In this document: piece by piece, positions 55,187 through 64,000 of the stretch
How positions within the stretch are numbered: the first letter of the stretch is position 1
Layout: every line of letters starts with the position of its first letter
Notes under the pieces: generated by a model
Seen by the model: only the letters and a program-made list of their open reading frames with translations
The model's database searches: none
What the model was told of the DNA's origin: nothing
Made by a program: the position numbers and the translations under genes
Source of the DNA: Eledone cirrhosa
Taxonomy: Eukaryota
Direction: 5' to 3'
Assembly (NCBI GenBank): GCA_964016885.1
Contig: OZ024746.1
Span: 73,594,001 to 73,658,000 of the forward strand
Length of the DNA stretch: 64,000 nt

Positions 55187-55192
<6 letters not shown>
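54985..55192 (+). mobile_element. Older solo terminal repeat of PLE family A with decayed hammerhead
   Basis: Homologous to 47418-47668; core CTGAGAAG-gtcac..gtgac-GAAA; ends in (TA)n. Confidence 0.8.
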
Positions 55193-55248
<56 letters not shown>

Positions 55249-55620
55249 CCGAGTTTACACTTGCAAATAAGAAGAACCAGGGCCACCCCTAGGAGCATTG
55301 GATTTGGTGTATTTCATATATGTTTCAGTTGCTGAATACAATCAGGGCTCGCTGCTTCTCCAGAAGGTCAATAGTTCTCTTCTAACTCGAGCGGGAACGC
55401 TTCAGTGCTGGTATAATCATACTGCCTCTCATGCTGCCTCTCTCATAGACAGGAGAAAGTGAGAGAGAGACACGGGCAACCAAAAGTGAGGAGGAGAAGG
55501 GAAAGGGAGATAATCCAGAAGAGTTTTTTTACGACGGTGGTAAAAACGTGCCGCAAAGATTGCGGACAGAGAGGCCACCACGGCACGTGTAAACATGTCA
55601 ACAATCAAAACCGAATGGAT

Positions 55621-55664
<44 letters not shown>

Positions 55665-55994
55665 CGAGAATGAGGAGGAGAAGGGAACAGAGAAGGGAGG
55701 GTTGATACCAAAGTGTGAAGGGAACACAGATCGACCAAAGCAGGTAGGGTCACAGCGGTAAATACAAAAAGTTAGGAAACGAAAGGAGCTGTGTGGTTAC
55801 TAAAAAAAGGTTTAGGATGGTGGTTAGGACGGAACAGGAGGAGAAAGGAAGAAAGGAGTTTCCATCGTCAGCTGTAAATGTTTCCCGAACCGATGTTTCG
55901 GCGCTGAATTACAGGACATCGGTGTATTTCGGGTGCGCCCGAAGCCTTTTATTAATCAATATCGGTTCGGGAAATATTTACAGCTGACGATGGC

Positions 55995-57329
55995 GGATAG
56001 CCTCGAGATACTATGGGATATGCTATATACTATGGAGTTGAGAGTAGACTTAGGGTGGTTGGATGCATAATTAATATATGATAGAATCTCGTCGGGCTTA
56101 TGGTATTGCTTGTACAGGCCCGTACCCAACTCCAGGGTCACGTCTAAGAAGTTGGCTATCTGGTGGTTGAGGTCTATAGTTACGGATAGGCCGTATGATT
56201 TGAAGAACCTGTGTATGCGCTTGTTAAGGTTCTCTATCCTGCGAGGTCTTTGGTTCCTAACGGTAAATAGGGCGTCGTCCCTATATACACCTCCTTGTAG
56301 GACCGGGATCTCGTCCCTAAGTCTATGGAGGAGGTATATCCCAACCAGGTCGGTCGCTTGCGCCGAGTCACTAGACCCCATCGTGATATCGAAGTTATCA
56401 GGACGGTTGGTTCTGGTCCAATGGGAACTCTCGAACTGGATAATAGTTCTGCGCGCTGCTAGTACTATATCTATCTCTTTTTTAGTGAGGCTAGTGTTAG
56501 ATCTAGCTAAAATAAGGACCTTGTTTAAGAGTATGGGGGAGATAGAGGCATAGCACTTGTCTATGTCAAACTGGCTGAACTTTAGAGCTGTCTTATCGGG
56601 CAACTCGGTGAACCAATTAATGACCTGGTCGGTGTTGTTCCAGAGACAGACCTTAGCTTTGCTATGAAGTTCAAGTATTACTCTATCGAGGATCACTTTA
56701 CTAATCTTACCTATATCTGGTGTAGAGGGACATATTAATCTAATAGAGGGGCTTTCATTAAAGTTACATTTGTGATCCTTAAGAGAGAATCTAGGTGTCA
56801 TAGAGACATATGTACTTATCTATGTCTAAGCTAGTCACTATATACTTACCTACTCTATTAATGTCATTTAAGGTACTAATGGGTGTTTTTAAAAAATAAT
56901 TTTTGTGTAATTCGTTATAAATGAATTGTTTGTACTTGCTCACGTCCATCTTATACAGCTTCTTGGTTTTGTCAGAGGTAACGAAGAGGTGTGGGTCATT
57001 CTTGATCTTAGTGATGAGCGCGTCGAGGGAGTTAAAAATGGATTACTGAATCGGCGTTTGTTCTTAAACTCAATGTTTCTGATCAACTTGAGCAGGTCCT
57101 CCCCAAAGGAGTCAAGCAAGGTGTTGTGCGGTGGGTTTCGGTATGTTTTGAAGCCGTATCTCTCCTTAGGTTCTGGAAGGTTACGGGTGTCCTTATCTAG
57201 GTGCTAGGCCTTCCATCTTACTCTCTGTATAAACAAGTTAGTAGCATCGATATGTTGCTTGAGGAATGTTTTTCTACTAGGTAAGGAGATACATTTGAGA
57301 CACATGGGTAACGGTTGATTCTCCAACAT
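55995..57329 (-). pseudogene. Penelope-like RT ORF (N-terminus to thumb), disrupted and 3'-truncated
   Basis: FIQRVRWKA, YGFKT, TSDKT, LKDHK, FDIDKCYASI, MGSSD, GVYRDD, NFLDVTL, YINYASNHP; ORF track 55956..56801. Confidence 0.9.
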
Positions 57330-57424
57330 GATGGCAAATAAAGTAAAGTGCTCTACTGGAAGGAGCACAGTAATAGAATATTTTAGTATCGTTTATCCCT
57401 TTAAACCTCTACTCTCTCACGATA

Positions 57425-59250
<1,826 letters not shown>

Positions 59251-59334
59251 CTTTGAATAACTTTGAAATGTTTTGGCCAGTATTGGCCCAGGCCATGTCT
59301 AACTTAATAGCACCACCTGGCGAAGTCTTTCAAT

Positions 59335-62300
59335 TCAGGATTTGGGCACTATGGCCCATTCGAGAAGAGAATTACTGTTTGCGGAGACATATCCGGGTGT
59401 GGGTGGTTTGTCCGGGATTACTTGGAGGAATTTGTCCAAAGACTTCTTGAATTTTGTGTGGTCAGTTTCTGTTTTGACGTGTCCTGGTGTGATGTTGAAG
59501 AGAGCAGGGCCGATTGAGGTGAAATAATTGTGCCGTATTGTTGTTATGAGTTGCGATTTAGATTTTTGAATGGGACGGATAGCACGGGGCCCAAGCCTTG
59601 GGTGTATCTTGAAGGCGATGCCAACATCATTTGGGCAGTGATGATGGAACATTTTCCACATCATGCAGATAATATAACGCTCACGGCGACGTTGGAGTGA
59701 GTAAAGTTTCAGGTTTTCCAATCGACCCCAGTAATCAAGGTCTGACATGCCATCTATCTTTTTCGTGATTGCCCTTTGAGGAGCTTCAAGTTTCATGATA
59801 CTTTGTTTCGTGTGGGGAGACCACAGTGGACAACAGTATTCAAGGTGTGGTCGGGCGAAAGTAGAGAAGAGAAGGATAATGGTGCGGGAATCTCTCGACT
59901 GGAAGGTTCTGAGGATCCAGGAACACATTCTGCGGGCCATGTCAACTTTGCTGCTTATATGCGTGGTCCAGCTTATGTTGCTGTCCACGGTTACTCCCAA
60001 GTCTCTGATGTTGTTAGATGCCACGAGAGTTTCCCCGGAGGGAAGGGAGTACGGGAGTTTCAGAGCATCCTCTTTTCCAAAGTGGATCAGTTCGAATTTG
60101 TCTTCGTTCAGTAACATGTTGTTCTTTTCTGCCCATTGGGTAACAGCCAGTAGGTCTGACTGAAGGCTTATCCGGTCATCCACGCCATTGATGACCTTTT
60201 GGAGCTTGGAATCATCAGCGAAAATTTTAATGTTGCTGTGTTTGATGATGTCAGTGATGTCATTAATATAGATGATGAAGAGAAGTGGGCCCAACACAGT
60301 GCCTTGTGGGACTCCACTACTGACTTTGGCTGGGCTTGATTTGACTCCCTCAACTACAACATGTTGGGTTCTGTTTGACAGGAAGCTCTTGATCCACTGC
60401 AGCAGCTTTCCAGTGACACCAATATTGGACAGCTTTCTCAGTAGAATGTTATGATCAACCCTGTCAAAGGCCTTGCTGAAATCAAGGTAGATAACATCAG
60501 TGTTGGAACCCTCTCCCAAGGCTCTCAAAATGTCATCAAAGTGATGCAGTAGTTGCGTCAGGCAATCCCTTCCATTACGGAATCCATGCTGGTTGGAGTT
60601 CAGCATATTGTTACTCTCAAGGAAGTGGGTCATTCGCGATCTCACCACTCGCTCAAATACCTTAATGATATGAGAGGTGAGTGAGATTGGACGGTAATTC
60701 ACGGCAAGGGATTTGTTTCCCTTTTTGAAAACTGGGACAACAGACTGGGATAGAAGGTTTTCTGGCACATATCCAACATCCAGTGAGTTCCGCCACAGAT
60801 TGGCAAGAGGAGAAGCAAGTTGGTGTTGACACGCCTTCAAGACACAAGCAGGGAACCTATCGGGACCTACTGCTGAATTATGCTTGATTTCCTTTATTGC
60901 CGCCAAGACATCAGGGGCGCCAAACGTTATGTCCGATAAGGTGTAATGGGGAGTAACATCGCCGATACAGCCCAGATCGGCCATATCAGGATTGCTGAAA
61001 ACAGAGCAGTATTGTTTCTGCAGTATCTCACCCATGGTTTTAGCATTGTCTTGAAGAGTGCCATTTTCATCAATTAGAGGGCCAACAGTAGAGCCAGTGA
61101 TTTTGTGTTTTTTTGCAAATGAAAAGAACACTTTGGGATTAAGTTTGATCTTCTCAATGGCCCAGGCCTCTTCAGCTCTTCTCTGATTGTTGATGAGGGA
61201 CATTATGTTGTTTTGGAGGTTATGTTTTTTAATCTCTAGTGATGAAATGGCAGTCAAGTTGATGTGTTGCTGCTGACAGTATTTCAGATTGTTGATTTTT
61301 TTGTTCGTTCTCTTAATTTTTCTGATGAGCGTTTTTCTATTTCTAGGGATTCTGCTCTTAGATTTGTTTATAGTTCTTAATGGGGTGTGTTTAGCACATA
61401 TGTTTGTAACAGTGTCCACAAATGTCTGCCAGGACTTTTTGATGTTAGTGGGTGTATGAGTGTGCGTGAAGGACCAGTCGACATGTGCAAGATCATGACT
61501 GATCGCTTCCCAGTTTGCATTGTGGAAATCCATAGCGTCAAACGGATGGACAGGAGAAATGACATTGGGTTTGTATATTGGACGGTGGAATCTCAGATCA
61601 CAGAGAACCATGTCATGATCAGAGAGTAGAGTTTTCTCCACTGCAATATTGTGGATATTGTCAGTGTGATTGCTGAAAATTAAGTCTAGGACGTTTTTGT
61701 GGCACCTCGTTGGTTCGAGCACTAGTTGGGATAGGAAGAAATCATCCATGAAGTCAAGAAGCGATTCCACAGCTTCCCTGTCAGAGGTTGAGGCAGAAGA
61801 ACCTGGTGGCAGGGTGTTTGTGGACCAGTCAACTCCGGGGAGGTTGAAGTCCCCCATCATTAAGATGTTGTCAGGGTGACACTCTTGGATGAAACACTTT
61901 ATGCTGTTGAGGCATTCCTTGAAGCATGGTACAGGCGTTTGGGGTGGCCTATAGAGCCCAACTACTAATAGGTTGTTGGTTTGACTGAATACAGTGACTG
62001 CCTCACAGTATCCATTAGTGAATATGTTCATAGCCTCTGTTGAGAAAGAATTATGGACATAAATGGCAGTTCCGCCCTTTCTTCTGCCAGCGCGATCAGC
62101 ACGGATGGCTTTGAAATTTTTCACTTTCACCTCGGCTTCCAAGTGGAGGTTACTGAGATGGGTTTCAGTGAGGACGAAGAAAGGGATGTGGTTTGGATGG
62201 ACATCAATCCAGTCCTCCAGGAATTTGATCTTCCATTTTTGAGTATTGGTGGAAGGGCTGATGCCTTGGGCGTTAAGCAAAAATGTAGAGGCGAGAGTGG

Positions 62301-62355
62301 ATGGTTTTAATTGTTTTGGTGTGTTGTTAATTTGTTTGTTTGTTAATGGCAGCAA
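59335..62355 (-). CDS. LINE ORF2: APE endonuclease + reverse transcriptase (1006 aa)
   Basis: LLNAQG, LTETHL, GGTAIYV, YRPP, GDFN, LDLI, SDH; [43 protein letters not shown]. Confidence 0.97.
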   Translation of the reverse strand: MLPLTNKQINNTPKQLKPSTLASTFLLNAQGISPSTNTQKWKIKFLEDWIDVHPNHIPFFVLTETHLSNLHLEAEVKVKNFKAIRADRAGRRKGGTAIYVHNSFSTEAMNIFTNGYCEAVTVFSQTNNLLVVGLYRPPQTPVPCFKECLNSIKCFIQECHPDNILMMGDFNLPGVDWSTNTLPPGSSASTSDREAVESLLDFMDDFFLSQLVLEPTRCHKNVLDLIFSNHTDNIHNIAVEKTLLSDHDMVLCDLRFHRPIYKPNVISPVHPFDAMDFHNANWEAISHDLAHVDWSFTHTHTPTNIKKSWQTFVDTVTNICAKHTPLRTINKSKSRIPRNRKTLIRKIKRTNKKINNLKYCQQQHINLTAISSLEIKKHNLQNNIMSLINNQRRAEEAWAIEKIKLNPKVFFSFAKKHKITGSTVGPLIDENGTLQDNAKTMGEILQKQYCSVFSNPDMADLGCIGDVTPHYTLSDITFGAPDVLAAIKEIKHNSAVGPDRFPACVLKACQHQLASPLANLWRNSLDVGYVPENLLSQSVVPVFKKGNKSLAVNYRPISLTSHIIKVFERVVRSRMTHFLESNNMLNSNQHGFRNGRDCLTQLLHHFDDILRALGEGSNTDVIYLDFSKAFDRVDHNILLRKLSNIGVTGKLLQWIKSFLSNRTQHVVVEGVKSSPAKVSSGVPQGTVLGPLLFIIYINDITDIIKHSNIKIFADDSKLQKVINGVDDRISLQSDLLAVTQWAEKNNMLLNEDKFELIHFGKEDALKLPYSLPSGETLVASNNIRDLGVTVDSNISWTTHISSKVDMARRMCSWILRTFQSRDSRTIILLFSTFARPHLEYCCPLWSPHTKQSIMKLEAPQRAITKKIDGMSDLDYWGRLENLKLYSLQRRRERYIICMMWKMFHHHCPNDVGIAFKIHPRLGPRAIRPIQKSKSQLITTIRHNYFTSIGPALFNITPGHVKTETDHTKFKKSLDKFLQVIPDKPPTPGYVSANSNSLLEWAIVPKS

Positions 62356-63506
62356 TGGGAGTTTGTGCAGTGGGGTGATAGTGGAGGGTGGTGCTGGGTG
62401 ATAGCTCGAATGTTTTTTTCCAGTTCTTTTGCCAGATTCATTATGGCTAAAAAAGAGGAAGAAGTTTCCTGTTTAGAAGACTGTTGGTGACTGTGGTAGT
62501 GGTTATTTTTATGTAGGTTATGGTTTTTGTTTTTGCTTTTATTTTCATTTATCCGACGGGTCCCCGGGAGATGGGTAAAGGGACAATCCCGGTCTAAACA
62601 CAATCTGTCTCGCAGGGAAAAACGGCAGATTTGTGGATTCCTTGTTTGAGTTATTGGTGGTTGTGTTGGTGTTAAATTAGAGTATGTATTATGGTGGTGG
62701 CTGTTTGTGGGGATAGATCGTTTTGTCCTAGGTAAATGGGTGAATTTGCAGCCACTATCCGTACATATTCTATAGCGTAGAGAGTAGCGGCAAATGATGG
62801 GGTTTCGAGTGGGTGGGTATATGGGTGTGGGTGTTGTGAGAGGTGTAGATGATGGTTTGGGTAGGATTTGACGACCTTTGTGGACTGTGGGAGGGAGAGT
62901 TCTTGTTCTGGTATTAGAAGGTAAATTCCTTGACATAGCAGTAGACAAAAATGTTGTAGTAGTAGTAGTAGTAGTAGGCAGAGATGTTGGCAGTGGTGAT
63001 GATTGGACTGCTGGGCCAGAGAAAGGATGTGGCGTTTCATGCTGTGAGACAGAGGCTACTGGGGGGTCAATAGTTTCATTTAGTAGATCGGCCATTGTTG
63101 ATGAATCAAGGAGTGGTTCACACTGTTGTTGTTGCTGTTGTTGATGTTGTTGTTGTAGCTGTTGTTGATGTTGTTGTTGTTGCTGTTGTAGCTGCTGTTG
63201 TTGTTGTTGTTGCTGTTGTAGCTGCTGTTGTTGTTGTTGCTGCTGCTGGACAGCATTCGAAGAGAAAACACACCGTAGTTTATCCAAATGTTTATTGATT
63301 AATTTAAAAGCAATTTCGATTTGCTTTAATTTATTTTGAATCTGTTGTTCAGATCGAGTTTTCAAAAATTGAACTGTACGTTTAGCAATGTCGTTCAGAG
63401 ATGAAGCATCTATATCTTCTGTTTGGGAAAGGCAATGCCATGTGTTTATTAGAATGTCGATTTCATTATCAGACCAGTTCTGTTTGGATTTTTGCTGGTT
63501 AGCCAT
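62343..63506 (-). CDS. LINE ORF1 (387 aa): Myb/SANT-like N-terminus, polyQ, two CCCH-like zinc fingers
   Basis: NWSDNEIDILINTW...RSEQQIQNKLKQI; CRYSLRYRICTDSGCKFTH and CRFSLRDRLCLDRDCPFTH; overlaps ORF2 by 13 nt. Confidence 0.85.
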   Translation of the reverse strand: MANQQKSKQNWSDNEIDILINTWHCLSQTEDIDASSLNDIAKRTVQFLKTRSEQQIQNKLKQIEIAFKLINKHLDKLRCVFSSNAVQQQQQQQQQLQQQQQQQQQLQQQQQQHQQQLQQQHQQQQQQQCEPLLDSSTMADLLNETIDPPVASVSQHETPHPFSGPAVQSSPLPTSLPTTTTTTTTFLSTAMSRNLPSNTRTRTLPPTVHKGRQILPKPSSTPLTTPTPIYPPTRNPIICRYSLRYRICTDSGCKFTHLPRTKRSIPTNSHHHNTYSNLTPTQPPITQTRNPQICRFSLRDRLCLDRDCPFTHLPGTRRINENKSKNKNHNLHKNNHYHSHQQSSKQETSSSFLAIMNLAKELEKNIRAITQHHPPLSPHCTNSHCCH

Positions 63507-63517
63507 TCTAGTTTTGA

Positions 63518-63966
63518 GTGTGTGTGTGTTTTAGTTAAGTATTTCAATATATATATATTTTTTTTTTTTAATTTATTTTTGATTTATTTTTGTTTTTTGT
63601 TTTTCTTGTGTGTGAGTGAGAAGCGTATATATATAAATATGAGTATATATATATATGTATATTCTGGTTATTTGAAATTAATTAAGTTAATGAAAAGACG
63701 AAAGTATATAATAATAATTTGTAGTTAAAGGAAAATGTACTCACAAGTTCGTGTGTGTGTGTTTTAGTTAAGTATTTCAATATATATATTTTTTTTTTAA
63801 ATTTATTTTTGTTTTTTGTTTTTCTTGTGTGTGAGTGAGAAGCGTATATATATAAATATGAGTATATATATATATATATATGTATATTCTGGTTATTTGA
63901 AATTAATGAAAAGACGAAAGTATATAATAATAATTTGTAGTTAAAGGAAAATGTACTCACAAGTTC
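63518..63966 (-). repeat. Tandem duplication (~233 and ~216 bp) in the LINE 5'UTR
   Basis: 63518-63750 is repeated at 63751-63966 with small indels. Confidence 0.85.
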
Positions 63967-64000
63967 GAAAACACGTGGTTTCAAATATATAATAATATAG

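Overview
AT-rich, repeat-saturated eukaryotic (metazoan) DNA with no recognisable multi-exon host gene. The abundant tRNA-derived SINE resembles octopod OK/OR-type SINEs, so a cephalopod origin is inferred but not proven. Main contents: (i) an apparently intact, near full-length CR1/L2-group LINE on the minus strand (ORF1 with a Myb/SANT-like N-terminus, polyQ and two CCCH-like fingers; ORF2 with APE endonuclease and RT); (ii) several Penelope-like element (PLE) families, from a nearly complete copy to solo terminal repeats; (iii) RTE, Tx1/L1, mariner, Helitron and hAT relics, including a complete 2.1-kb hAT with 8-bp TSD; (iv) about 30 SINE copies, some in head-to-tail arrays; (v) very long (TA)n/(CA)n/trinucleotide arrays, which explain most of the supplied ORFs. 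The most striking signal is about 10 minimal type-I hammerhead ribozyme (HHR) motifs, including a non-coding ~300-335-bp HHR monomer family that looks like a non-LTR retrozyme, together with about 14 fold-back inverted repeats, most of them next to (TA)n tracts or retroelement ends. All motifs were read by eye; no folding software or database search was run.
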